Assembly (NCBI GenBank): GCA_963662335.2 | Contig: CAXXVD010000003.1 | Coordinates: 384,001 to 448,000, forward strand | Length of the DNA stretch: 64,000 nt | Source: Chloroflexota bacterium | Lineage (GTDB): Bacteria; Chloroflexota; UBA11872; VXOZ01 | Direction of reading: 5' to 3' | In this document: positions 19,247-28,350 of the stretch, in pieces | Position numbering within the stretch: position 1 is the first letter of the stretch | Layout: each line of letters starts with the position of its first letter | Program-made: the position numbers and the translations under genes | The notes under the pieces: model-generated | Database searches by the model: none | Seen by the model: the letters and a program-made list of their open reading frames with translations, nothing else | What the model was told of the DNA's origin: nothing

Positions 19247-19459
19247 AATTGGTATCCAGGTTCGTTACCATATAGGTAATACTATAGGCTATTCTGAAAA
19301 GAGAGTCCAGAGCTTCTTCTTGCAGTTGGATGCTATTCGCACGTTCTTTTTCGATTCTGAGAATTACTGCAACGCAAACCAATCACACGCAGTGGCGGTA
19401 CGGCTTCATGCCGTACACTTACGAGTTGAAGCATCTCATCATATGTCCTGGTGCCAGAC

Positions 19460-20254
19460 CTACGGCGGATAGAACTCCGGTCTGTACCGCCGGGCGTAGG
19501 CGCGCGTGGCCTGCGCCAAATCCAGGTCGGCGGTGAGCAGGTCTTCCCGGCCGTAGGGGACGTGCGCCAGCAGGTTGCCCTGGGGATCGATGAGGCTGGT
19601 AGCCGAGTTCTGGTAGCGCATGGCCTGGTTGATGCTGGCAAAGAAGACGCCGTTCTCCGCGGCGCGGCACTGCATGGCCTTCTCGTAGAAAGACTCGCCC
19701 CAGGCGGTGAGCGTCTTGCCGGCCGTGTCGCTGCCGGTGACCTGGGGTTGGAAGACGATGCGCGCGCCGCGCACGGTCGGCCAGCGCACGGTTTCCGGGT
19801 AGCGCCAGCCCTCGTGGCAGATCGTGATGCCGAACACCGCGCCCGCCGCGCGAAAGAGGCGCCGCTTGCCGTCGGGCACGTAGTTGCGGGATTCGCCGCC
19901 GGGCGTAATCTGGTTCTTGGTCTGGTAGCCTAGCAGGCGGCCGGCGGCGGAGATGACCACGGCGCGGTTTTCCAGGCCCAACGCGCTCACCCACTCCAAC
20001 CCGACGATTGCCGTTACGCCGTGCGACCGGCAAGCGGCGCGCAATTGCTTGAGCGCCTCCACCATGGCCGGCTGATTCACCGGCGGCAGGTCGAAACTCG
20101 CCCCGCGCAAACCGGGCAGGTAGGCCTCCGGGAAGCAGGCGATGTCCACCCGCTCCGCCGCGCACCGGGCGAGCGCCGCATCGATTTTCTCCACGCCGTG
20201 CGGCACGGATTCCGGCTGACGCAACGGCGCAAGTCCAATGCGGATGGTTGCCAT
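19460..20254 (-). CDS. Carbon-nitrogen hydrolase (nitrilase family)
   Basis: FPEAY, K, ICHEG catalytic triad, RAAEN. Confidence 0.9.
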   Translation of the reverse strand: MATIRIGLAPLRQPESVPHGVEKIDAALARCAAERVDIACFPEAYLPGLRGASFDLPPVNQPAMVEALKQLRAACRSHGVTAIVGLEWVSALGLENRAVVISAAGRLLGYQTKNQITPGGESRNYVPDGKRRLFRAAGAVFGITICHEGWRYPETVRWPTVRGARIVFQPQVTGSDTAGKTLTAWGESFYEKAMQCRAAENGVFFASINQAMRYQNSATSLIDPQGNLLAHVPYGREDLLTADLDLAQATRAYARRYRPEFYPP

Positions 20255-20324
20255 ACGTCACTTGCCTCCACATCTGTAAGGAACTGCTGCGGAGAGCCGA
20301 CCACCCTCATGCCCGTCCGTGCTC

Positions 20325-20400
20325 TCCGTCATTCCCGCGCACGCGGGAATCCACCGGCTGCCCGGCGAAGATGGATTCCCGCTTTCGCGGGAATGACGGA
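20325..20400. repeat. Inverted doublet of GTCATTCCCGCG-N-GCGGGAATC palindromes; further copies near 10810-10835 and 21993-22112
   Basis: TCCGTCATTCCCGCGCACGCGGGAATCCA...TGGATTCCCGCTTTCGCGGGAATGACGGA. Confidence 0.85.
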
Positions 20401-20557
20401 GGCAGACGCGCTATTTCAGCGTAATGACGGAAAAAGCGCGTCCTACGGATTCCGTCCCGTATCGTGTCGATACGTCGAACGTCCGGTTCGCGGTAGCGAG
20501 TACAGGCAGGCTCTACGCGGGCTGACAGCCTGGCCCGTTCACTGGCTGCGCGCCCTG

Positions 20558-21913
20558 CTAGAACGGCGCGCCGTTGGTCTTCTGCCCTTCCGGCATATCC
20601 TCAAACGCAAAATACCGGTCCAGGAAGCGCAAGGTGATCGTCCCCGTGGGGCCGTTGCGGTGCTTGGCCACGATCACGTCGGCTTCACCCTTGCGCGGCG
20701 AATCTTCATCGTAGAGTTCGTCGCGGTAGATGAACATCACCAAATCGGAGTCCTGCTCCAACGCGCCCGATTCGCGCAGGTCGGAGAGCATGGGGCGGTG
20801 GTTTTCCCGCTGTTCGACGGCGCGCGAGAGTTGCGAAAGCGCGATAACGGGAATGTTGAGTTCGCGGGCCAGGGCCTTGAGCGAGCGGGAGATTTCGGAG
20901 ATTTCCTGCACCCGGTTATCGCCGCCGCGGCGGCCCTGGATCAGTTGCAGGTAGTCCACGATGAGCAGGCCGATGTTGGCCCGGGCCTGGAGGCGGCGCG
21001 CTTTGGTGCGCAGGTCCATGGAATTGAGGAAGCCGCTGTCGTCAACGTAGATCGGCGCTTCCGTCAGCGCGCCGACCATACTGCCCAGTTCCTCCCACTC
21101 GCGCTCGCTCAGTTCGCCCAGGCGGAGGCGGTGGGAATCGACCCGCGCCAACATGCAGAGGAAGCGCTGCGCCAGTTGTTCGGCGGACATTTCCAGGCTG
21201 AAGATGCCCACCGGCACGTGCGGCTCCAAGATGGCCAGGCTGCCGGCCACGTTGAGCGCCAGGGTCGTCTTGCCGGTGGAGGGCCGCCCGGCAATGAGTA
21301 TCAAGTCGGAACGCTGCAAGCCGGCCGTCAGCCGGTCCAGCGCGCGAAAGCCCGATTGAATGCCGGGCACGGCCTGCTCGCCGGCGCGGACGCCCGTCAA
21401 CTTGTCCCAGTACTCGTCCACGATCGGGCGGATGTGTATGAAATCCTGGTCCGCGTCGTGGCGGGCCAGGCTGAAAAGCACCTGCTCCGCCCGGTCCAGG
21501 GCCTCGTCCACCTCGAGTTCGGTGCTATAGCCGATGGCGGCGATCTCGCCGGCGGCGCTGATGATGCGCCGCATTGCCGCGTGCCGCTCGACGATGTGGC
21601 CGTAGTACTCCGCGTGCACGGAAGTGGGCGTGACGTTGACCAGGGAGGCAATGTACGTCTCGCCGCCCACCGCTTCCAGCCGTTCCGCGCGCTGCAATTC
21701 GTCGAAGATGGTGACCAGGTCCGTCGGTTCGCGCCGCTCGTAGAGCGCAAGGCCCGCCCGGTAGATGTGCTGGTGCGCCTCGCGGTAGAAGTCCTCGGGC
21801 TGGAGGAATTGCGCTACCCGCTCGATCGTCTCGGGATCGATGAGCATGCTGCCCAAGACGGCTTGTTCCGCCTCGATGTTCTGCGGCGGCAGGCGCTCTG
21901 TGTTGACCGCCAC
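20558..21913 (-). CDS. dnaB: Replicative DNA helicase DnaB
   Basis: PPQNIEAEQAVLG, GRPSTGKT, SLEMS, DYLQL, DLRESGALEQD, KHRNG. Confidence 0.98.
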   Translation of the reverse strand: MAVNTERLPPQNIEAEQAVLGSMLIDPETIERVAQFLQPEDFYREAHQHIYRAGLALYERREPTDLVTIFDELQRAERLEAVGGETYIASLVNVTPTSVHAEYYGHIVERHAAMRRIISAAGEIAAIGYSTELEVDEALDRAEQVLFSLARHDADQDFIHIRPIVDEYWDKLTGVRAGEQAVPGIQSGFRALDRLTAGLQRSDLILIAGRPSTGKTTLALNVAGSLAILEPHVPVGIFSLEMSAEQLAQRFLCMLARVDSHRLRLGELSEREWEELGSMVGALTEAPIYVDDSGFLNSMDLRTKARRLQARANIGLLIVDYLQLIQGRRGGDNRVQEISEISRSLKALARELNIPVIALSQLSRAVEQRENHRPMLSDLRESGALEQDSDLVMFIYRDELYDEDSPRKGEADVIVAKHRNGPTGTITLRFLDRYFAFEDMPEGQKTNGAPF

Positions 21914-22228
21914 GAGGGTGTCCTCTCTCCGCTAACTGTGTCTGCGCTTGCTTTGCTTGCGCATCCGGTGAAATCCGTAGTTCAACCGAGACCCGTCATT
22001 CCCGCCAGCCAAGCCCCGTCATTCCCGGCAATCAAGACCTGTCATTCCCGCGCACGCGGGAATCCATCTTCGTCGCCCTGCCGGTGGATTCCCGCGTGCG
22101 CGGGAATGACGGAGGCTGCCACGACATGTTCAAAGCAATGACGGTGGCCCTTGCGGCGCTTTCGACTTGACGACGGAATCCGCGTTGCTAATTTCATGCC
22201 AACGACGGAAGAGAAGCGGGAGCCGTTT

Positions 22229-22681
22229 TCACGCTTCCTCTTTCTGCACGTCCACCGAAATCGCCGCTTCCACGGCGTGGCCGAGCTTGATTGAAACGGT
22301 ATACGTGCCCAAGTCCCGCAGCGGCTGATCCAACTCCAGCGTGTGGCGGTCGATCTCGATTTCCGTCTGTTCCTTGATCGCCTCGGCAATGTGCTGGCCG
22401 GTCACGGAGCCGTAGAGGCGGTCTTGTTCGCCGACGCGCGCCTTGATCACGATCGTCGCGCCGCTCAGCCTGGCGGCGGTGTCCATCGCCTCCTGCCGCT
22501 CCGTGGCCGCGCGCCGCACTGTGGCCGCCTTCTGCTGCTCCCAGAGGCGTTCCGCGCCCTTGGTCGCCTTCTGCGCGAAGCCGCGCGGGATGAGAAAGTT
22601 GCGCGCGTGGCCGTCGGCAACGTCCTTCACCTCACCGGCTTGACCGACTTCCGGCACATTCTTGAGCAAGACAACACGCAT
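22229..22681 (-). CDS. rplI: 50S ribosomal protein L9
   Basis: VADGHARNFLIPRG, LYGSVT; AAGGAG RBS. Confidence 0.97.
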   Translation of the reverse strand: MRVVLLKNVPEVGQAGEVKDVADGHARNFLIPRGFAQKATKGAERLWEQQKAATVRRAATERQEAMDTAARLSGATIVIKARVGEQDRLYGSVTGQHIAEAIKEQTEIEIDRHTLELDQPLRDLGTYTVSIKLGHAVEAAISVDVQKEEA

Positions 22682-22778
22682 GAACTGCACTCCTTGATTT
22701 TCCACTTGCTGTATGGGCTATAGTACACTGACTTGCGCTCCGTGTCTCAATTGGCGCGCTCGCTTCCAGCCCCGGATC

Positions 22779-23075
22779 CCCCTCACCCTAACCCTCTCCC
22801 CAGGAGGCTGTCTCATAATTGACCTTACCGCTGTATACTGCCGTGCAGAGAAGCGAAGTGAGGTCTTGAGACAGGATAGTAGTGCTTTCTGAGCGTCGCA
22901 TTAAACTGAAAGACAGCAAAACTCGCGCCCAAAGTCTCCGGTAGCGCAGGTTTGTAACCTGCGAAGCTGTTAGGTCAATCCTTTGCATGTCAGTTTCAGT
23001 GGCTCCGGCGGGGGACAAGCCCTAATGTTGTCGCATTAATGTAGCGCGGGGGCTCGTCCCCCGCCTCTTGGGGCC
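22779..23075. repeat. Mosaic cluster of REP families plus a solo IS end
   Basis: CCCCTCACCCTAACCCTCTCCC; REP-B 22940-22963; truncated REP-A joined to TAATGTTGTCGCATTAA; REP-A 23041-23064. Confidence 0.85.
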
Positions 23076-23105
23076 GCAAATCGCCACTTTCACGGGCATG
23101 TGCGA

Positions 23106-23999
23106 CTAGTGTCCAATCAACAGGCCATCGGCCTTAACGGCCCGGTACAGCGCGAACCATTCATCCAGGGAAAGCTCCTGCGGGCGGCGCTGCGGCGCGA
23201 TGCCCGCTGCCTCCAAGAGCGCAATCATGTGGTCGTCGTCGACGCGCAGGAGCGCGCGCACGGAATTGTGCACCTGCTTGCGCCGCTGGGCAAATCCCGC
23301 CCGCGCCAGCCGCAGCACGTCGGCTACCGCTGCCGCGTGAAAATACGGCTGCGGACGCTTGACGACCTCCACCACGGCGGAGTCCACCTGCGGCGGCGGG
23401 TAGAACGCGCGCGGCGGCACCCCAAACAGATGCTCGGTTTCCGCGTAGGTCTGCATGAACACGGAGAGATAGCTCATCTCACCGGGCATGGCGCAGACGC
23501 GCGCGGCCACCTCGCGTTGCAGCATCACCACCATGCGCCGGGGGCCGGCCGGATGCGCCGCCAGCCGCCTAATCACCGGCGTCGCCACGCTGTACGGCAA
23601 ATTCGCCGCCAGCAGATACGGCTCCGCGCCAAAGTACGGCTGCGGCTCGAACGCCACGGCATCCTGGTGGACGGTCTCAACGTTTGGATGGAACGCGAGC
23701 GTTGATTCCAGCAGCGCCACCATGCGGGCGTCGACTTCCACCGTCACCACGCGCCGCGCCGCCGCCGCCAAGCAGACGGTCAGGCTGCCGAGGCCGGGCC
23801 CTATTTCCAGAATCCGCTCGTGTTCTCCGTCCAGCACGCCGCGCATGATGGCGCGCAGCACGCCGGCGTCGGCCAGCAGGTGTTGGCCCAGCTTGCGGCT
23901 CAGGCGCAGGTCTACCTGGCGCAGCAGCGCGCGCATTGTGCGCGGCCGGCATAAATCCCGCGCTTGCGCGGGGACGATTTCAGTCTTAGTGTCGATCAT
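23106..23999 (-). CDS. rsmA: 16S rRNA adenine dimethyltransferase RsmA/KsgA
   Basis: LGQHLL, EIGPGLG, ANLPY, FYPPPQVDS, QRRK. Confidence 0.95.
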   Translation of the reverse strand: MIDTKTEIVPAQARDLCRPRTMRALLRQVDLRLSRKLGQHLLADAGVLRAIMRGVLDGEHERILEIGPGLGSLTVCLAAAARRVVTVEVDARMVALLESTLAFHPNVETVHQDAVAFEPQPYFGAEPYLLAANLPYSVATPVIRRLAAHPAGPRRMVVMLQREVAARVCAMPGEMSYLSVFMQTYAETEHLFGVPPRAFYPPPQVDSAVVEVVKRPQPYFHAAAVADVLRLARAGFAQRRKQVHNSVRALLRVDDDHMIALLEAAGIAPQRRPQELSLDEWFALYRAVKADGLLIGH

Positions 24000-24054
24000 T
24001 TCCTCAGTTCTGAATGATGGGCAGCGCCCGGCAGCGCGGAGCCTGTACCGGCGT

Positions 24055-24215
24055 AGGCCGGAACTTGCAACCTGCGCCCCGCCCGTCTCCGGTTTCCTCT
24101 CTCACCGGTACGCAGGTTTGCAACCCGCGTCCCTATCCGCCTCCGGTTCCCTCTCCATCCGGTAGCGCAGGTTTGCAACCTGCGGCCTATCCGGCTCCGG
24201 TTCCCTCTCCCGCCG
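24055..24215. repeat. About three diverged 52-53 bp tandem units, each containing REP-B
   Basis: TTGCAACCYGCG...CTCCGGTT.CCTCTC repeated. Confidence 0.75.
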
Positions 24216-24405
24216 CTGGCAGGAGTAGGTATTCTATAGTCGACTTCACCTGTCATTCCGAACGGAGCGCAGCGGAGTGAGGAATCTATAGTGCCGCCCC
24301 GCAAAATCAGCATCTTTAGATTCCTCGCTGCGCTCGGAATGACATTTACCTACCCCTGTCAGTTCTCCCGCTGCGCTCGGAATGACATTTGCCTACCCCT
24401 GTCAG
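24216..24405. mobile_element. MITE copy 1 (147 bp, with a 43-bp duplication of the right end)
   Basis: Ends CTGGCAGGAGTAGGTA / TACCTACCCCTGTCAG; flanks CTCTCCCGCCG / TTCTCCCGCCG. Confidence 0.8.
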
Positions 24406-24554
24406 TTCTCCCGCCGGGAGAGAGTTAGGGTGAGGCGGAAGAGGTTGCCGTGCAGTCACCATAGAGGGCGCACCGCCGCTAGTGCGGAACGCCCTCAGTT
24501 CCTATAATACCGTAGAGAAGCGTACGGCATTCCCTTACCGGAAGGAGCGAAACC

Positions 24555-25277
24555 ATGCGGGTGCAGGCAATCGGCGCGCATCCTGACGACATCGAGCTAC
24601 TCTGCGCGGGCACGTTGGCGAAATACGCCCAGCAGGGGCACCACGTGACCATGTGCTACGTCTGCAACGGCGGGCTGGGGCACGTGGAGATCATGCCGCC
24701 GGAACTGAAAGAGGTGCGCAAGCAGGAGTCCAAGAACAGCGCCGCCGTGATCGGCGCGGACTTCCAATGGCTCGACATCGACGACGCCGACGTGCGCCAG
24801 AATACGAACACGGCGCTGGCGCGGCTGGTCGACGCCGTGCGTGAGGCCCAGCCGGACGTCATCATCACCCACGCGCCCAACGACTACATGGACGATCACC
24901 GCCTGGTGGGCGAACTGGTGCTGAAGGCCAGTTTCGACGCCACTATTCCCCACTATGTTTCCGAGCAGGAAAAACCGGCGCAACTCGTGCCCATCTTCCA
25001 CATGGATACCCTGATGGGCGTGGACTTCCTGCCGGAAATGTGGGTGGACATCAGCGAGACCCTCGAGACTAAGCGCCAAATGCTGGCCTGCCACGAGAGC
25101 CAGTACGCCTGGCTGAAGGAGCACGACAACATCGACTACATCGATTCGATGGTCACGGTGGCCAAGTACCGGGGCCTGCAGGTCGGCACGCCCTACGCGG
25201 AAGGCTTCCGCCAGGTGCGCGTCTGGGGCCGCACGACGACCGTGCCGCTGCTGCCGACGGACATCGCCCGCGGTTAG
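24555..25277 (+). CDS. PIG-L/LmbE family deacetylase
   Basis: AHPDDIE, DDH, CHESQ, AEGF. Confidence 0.9.
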   Translation: MRVQAIGAHPDDIELLCAGTLAKYAQQGHHVTMCYVCNGGLGHVEIMPPELKEVRKQESKNSAAVIGADFQWLDIDDADVRQNTNTALARLVDAVREAQPDVIITHAPNDYMDDHRLVGELVLKASFDATIPHYVSEQEKPAQLVPIFHMDTLMGVDFLPEMWVDISETLETKRQMLACHESQYAWLKEHDNIDYIDSMVTVAKYRGLQVGTPYAEGFRQVRVWGRTTTVPLLPTDIARG

Positions 25278-25318
25278 CAATCATCCTTTTGCCTGGCTGA
25301 CTAGGCAGGGGAAATCGT

Positions 25319-26473
25319 CTAGCCACTAGTGGTGGGCGCGTCAAGTATGTCGAGTAAGTCTCGAACGACATACAGTCTCGGCCATGTTTCTGGATGGAAT
25401 TCAACAATCTCAAGTTTGGCAAATCGGTCGAGTATCCGTCTAGCGCCGGCAGGAGATATTTCCAGCATTTTCGCCGCGGTGGGGGCGGTCATGTACGGGG
25501 CCTCAAAGAGCGTGTCAAGCAACTTTAGGGCGCTTGCGGACTCGCGATTGCCTTGTAGGATGTTCTTCATATTGTCATGAAGGTCCCGAAGCCGCCTGGC
25601 GCGGTGAAGGGCATCTTGAGCCTGCTCAGAGACACCATCCAGAAAGTACCCGGTCCAGGTCTGCCAGTCTCCGGATACGCTTACTCTGAGCAAGTGGTCA
25701 TAGTAGGCGCCTCTATCACGCTCGAAGAAGGCGCTAAGGTAGAGCAGTGGTTGCGTCAACACCTTCTTTTCGCAGAGAAAGAGGACAATGAGCAAGCGTC
25801 CCAGCCGCCCATTGCCATCGACGTACGGATGGATAGCTTCAAATTGGTAGTGCATCAACGCGCACTGAATCAACGGTGGCAATACTGAGTCGAGATTGAC
25901 AAACTCTTCCCAGTCTTGCAGTAAGTCCCGAACGAGACCGGCCGGCGGCGGCACGTACGTAGCCTCTGCAAGTGGGCTGCCTGGCGGGCCGATCCATACC
26001 TGTTGTTGTCGTAGCCTTCCAGTGTATGCGCCTGCTCCCCGTACCCCTGCGAGGAGCACTTCATGCATCTCGTTCGCTAGGCGCACGCAAATCGGCAACT
26101 GCTCCAGCCGCCCAAGACCATGTTCTAGCGCCTTGACGTAATTGGCCACTTCAGCTACGTCTCCCTTGGGACGCCGGACTGCCGACGCTTCAAAGAGAAA
26201 GAGGTCTGAGAGTGATGCTTGAGTGCCCTCGATTCTGGATGAAAGGACGGCTTCACGGCGGACGAAAGGCCTAATCAGCAAGTAAGGGTTTGGAACAGTC
26301 TCACCAACTCCGGCAAGTGTGGCTACCGCTCGGGATGCCTCGTCCAGTCGATAGATCAACTGGGGGCTCAGTTCAATTTCATAGGGAAGCCTGTCGGGGA
26401 CAAACGCACGGTTGCCGCCCGAGATCGGTACCAGACTGCCGCATGGACTGTTGGCTAGTTGATCAAGGGACAT
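25319..26473 (-). CDS. Fic family protein with a C-terminal HTH
   Basis: EAVLSSRIEGT, HPYVDGNGRLGR Fic motif. Confidence 0.92.
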   Translation of the reverse strand: MSLDQLANSPCGSLVPISGGNRAFVPDRLPYEIELSPQLIYRLDEASRAVATLAGVGETVPNPYLLIRPFVRREAVLSSRIEGTQASLSDLFLFEASAVRRPKGDVAEVANYVKALEHGLGRLEQLPICVRLANEMHEVLLAGVRGAGAYTGRLRQQQVWIGPPGSPLAEATYVPPPAGLVRDLLQDWEEFVNLDSVLPPLIQCALMHYQFEAIHPYVDGNGRLGRLLIVLFLCEKKVLTQPLLYLSAFFERDRGAYYDHLLRVSVSGDWQTWTGYFLDGVSEQAQDALHRARRLRDLHDNMKNILQGNRESASALKLLDTLFEAPYMTAPTAAKMLEISPAGARRILDRFAKLEIVEFHPETWPRLYVVRDLLDILDAPTTSG

Positions 26474-26492
26474 TGCGTACTCCAGTTGCACA

Positions 26493-26542
26493 TTCTGATA
26501 CAATCGATACTAATCGAATGAATAGTATCGATTGTATCAGAA
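26493..26542. promoter_or_regulatory. Perfect 20-bp inverted repeat upstream of fic (operator or hairpin)
   Basis: TTCTGATACAATCGATACTA-N10-TAGTATCGATTGTATCAGAA. Confidence 0.7.
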
Positions 26543-26644
26543 ATGGCAACCAGAGTATCGAATTGCGTTACGACTCGACAGTAAGAGCCGTCAGGGGCTG
26601 ATATGGCTGGGTCTACGCCGCGCCAGGCCTAGCAGTCAGGATTA

Positions 26645-26718
26645 TGGCTGGGGAACCAGGATTCGAACCTGGACTTATGGATCCAGAGTCCACTGTCCTA
26701 CCATTAGACGATTCCCCA
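26645..26718 (-). tRNA. tRNA-Gln(CTG)
   Basis: TGGGGAATCGTCTAATGGTAGGAC...GTGGA CT CTG GA TCCAT...GGTTCGAATCC...CCCCAGCCA cloverleaf with encoded CCA. Confidence 0.96.
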
Positions 26719-26903
26719 AGAAGCCGCCGTGCGCGCGGCCACTTTCATGGTACTAAGCGGGTTTGGCTCTCGTCAACCGGCTGGCGCGGCGCTCGCCTGC
26801 GGTACAATGGAAGACGAAGAGGCGGCAGCGGAGCGGGTGCGCGTTCGTCACGGGAGGCCCCTGCGCAGGCTGCCGGTAGGAAATCGCGTAAAGGGATTAA
26901 GGC

Positions 26904-27653
26904 GTGCGGCGTTTCGAGGAGCAGGTAGCGATCATTACCGGCGCGGGCAGCGGCATTGGCCTGGGCATCGCCGCGCGGCTGGGCAGCGAGGGCGCGCGGG
27001 CGCTCATCACCGACATCGACGGCGCGGTTGCCGAACAGGCGGTGGCGGGACTGGCGGCGCAGGGCATCGACGCGCTGGCCGTGTGCGGCGATTCGGCGGA
27101 CGAGGCGACGGCTGAACGCGCCGTCGCGCACGTTATCGACGCCTGGGGGCGCATCGACGTGCTCGTGAACAACACCGGCATCATCGGCCGCACCGCGCCG
27201 CTCTGGGAACTGCCGGTGAGCGAATTGGACCGGGTCTACGCCGTGAACCTGCGCGGCGCGTACCTCTTCTGCCAGCAGGCCATACCCCACATGCTCGCCC
27301 GCGACTATGGGCGCATCGTGAACATGGCGTCGATCGCCGGCAAAGAGGGCAACCCCAACATGGCGCCTTACTCCGCCACCAAAGCCGCCGTCATCGGCCT
27401 TACCAAGTCACTGGGCAAGGAACTGGCGGAGACCGGCATCCGCGTGAACTGCCTCACACCGGCGGTGGTGCGCACGCCCATCTGGGAACAGACCACAGCG
27501 GCCCAGATGGACATGCTGCTGGCGCGCATCCCCATGCAACGCAGCGGCGAGATAAGCGAAGTGGCGGCGCTGGCGGCGTGGCTCGCCTCCGCCGAATGCT
27601 CCTTCAGCACCGGCGCGGTCTTCGACCTCAGCGGCGGCCGGGCGACGTACTAA
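26904..27653 (+). CDS. SDR family NAD(P)-dependent oxidoreductase
   Basis: TGAGSGIG, NNTG, YSATK. Confidence 0.92.
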   Translation: MRRFEEQVAIITGAGSGIGLGIAARLGSEGARALITDIDGAVAEQAVAGLAAQGIDALAVCGDSADEATAERAVAHVIDAWGRIDVLVNNTGIIGRTAPLWELPVSELDRVYAVNLRGAYLFCQQAIPHMLARDYGRIVNMASIAGKEGNPNMAPYSATKAAVIGLTKSLGKELAETGIRVNCLTPAVVRTPIWEQTTAAQMDMLLARIPMQRSGEISEVAALAAWLASAECSFSTGAVFDLSGGRATY

Positions 27654-27689
27654 GGCTCGTTCCTTGCAACCGGTGAGCCTTCACGAAGT

Positions 27690-28022
27690 CTATTCTGTCG
27701 CGATGACAGTGCCATCGGGAAGTCGCAGCCACTTCGGGTCGGGGCGACCGCTACCGCCGATCTTTCGGTCTGGCCGCACGTACTGGTGGACGAGGGCAAG
27801 CGGGGCTAGCTCTCCGTTTGGCAGGTTTCCGTAGTATACTACCGTTTGTGAGACAGTTCCTGCAGGCTGGCCAGCGCTTCTAGGGGCTAAGCGCTCTTTT
27901 CGCACAATAGCGGTCAACTCGCCGGTTGCAGCAGATTCGTACAATCGCATATCATTGAAGTGGTGTCGGATTTCAGCTTGTGACACGAAGCGGTCAGGAT
28001 CATCTAAACGGGTAGAAAACAT
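27690..28022 (-). CDS. Hypothetical protein, toxin-like
   Basis: 110-aa lower-GC ORF with globular composition; VHQYVRPDRKIGGSGRPDPK segment. Confidence 0.55.
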   Translation of the reverse strand: MFSTRLDDPDRFVSQAEIRHHFNDMRLYESAATGELTAIVRKERLAPRSAGQPAGTVSQTVVYYGNLPNGELAPLALVHQYVRPDRKIGGSGRPDPKWLRLPDGTVIATE

Positions 28023-28299
28023 GAATGAGAATCATCCTGAGGCAATAGTGAAGGTTACTCAGGCCTACCTGGATGGAGAGTTCTCTTTAAAGGCGCTCTC
28101 CAAGTGGCTAATCTCGAAGACCGCGTACTTTTGCGACAATCCACCCGACCCTCTCAGTTCCGACCTGTGGGCGACCGCGTGTCACCTGACTTTCCTGTGG
28201 GCCGACCGCGCCCTGACGGAAGACGAGGTGAAAGCTGAACTGCGAGAGTGGTTGGCGGAACATCCACCGGCCCAGGCCCATGCCTCAACTCCCCGTTGA
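28021..28299 (+). CDS. Small helical hypothetical protein, immunity-protein-like
   Basis: 92 aa, amphipathic helices AYLDGEFSLKALSKWL...TEDEVKAELREWL. Confidence 0.5.
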   Translation: MNENHPEAIVKVTQAYLDGEFSLKALSKWLISKTAYFCDNPPDPLSSDLWATACHLTFLWADRALTEDEVKAELREWLAEHPPAQAHASTPR

Positions 28300-28350
28300 A
28301 GCGGCCCGCTCCATGCGCGCCTGCATCCGCTGACTTTGGCCGCGGTACAC

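Noticed and set aside
20558-21913. Intein in DnaB
   Set aside because: 451 aa is the normal length and the motifs are contiguous.
20021-22141. 706-aa plus-strand ORF
   Set aside because: Antisense shadow of dnaB caused by high-GC codon bias; the same applies to 8284-9696, 11000-12403, 52046-53686 and 54860-56275 opposite their real genes.
23996-24313. Small ORFs with apparent paralogs (also 54587-54874, 22788-23018, 41712-41936)
   Set aside because: They are translations of the MITE and REP modules, not protein families.
26644-26928. 94-aa ORF, and a possible prophage or integrative element at tRNA-Gln
   Set aside because: The ORF is the tRNA antisense strand; I found no integrase, phage genes or duplicated tRNA 3' end.
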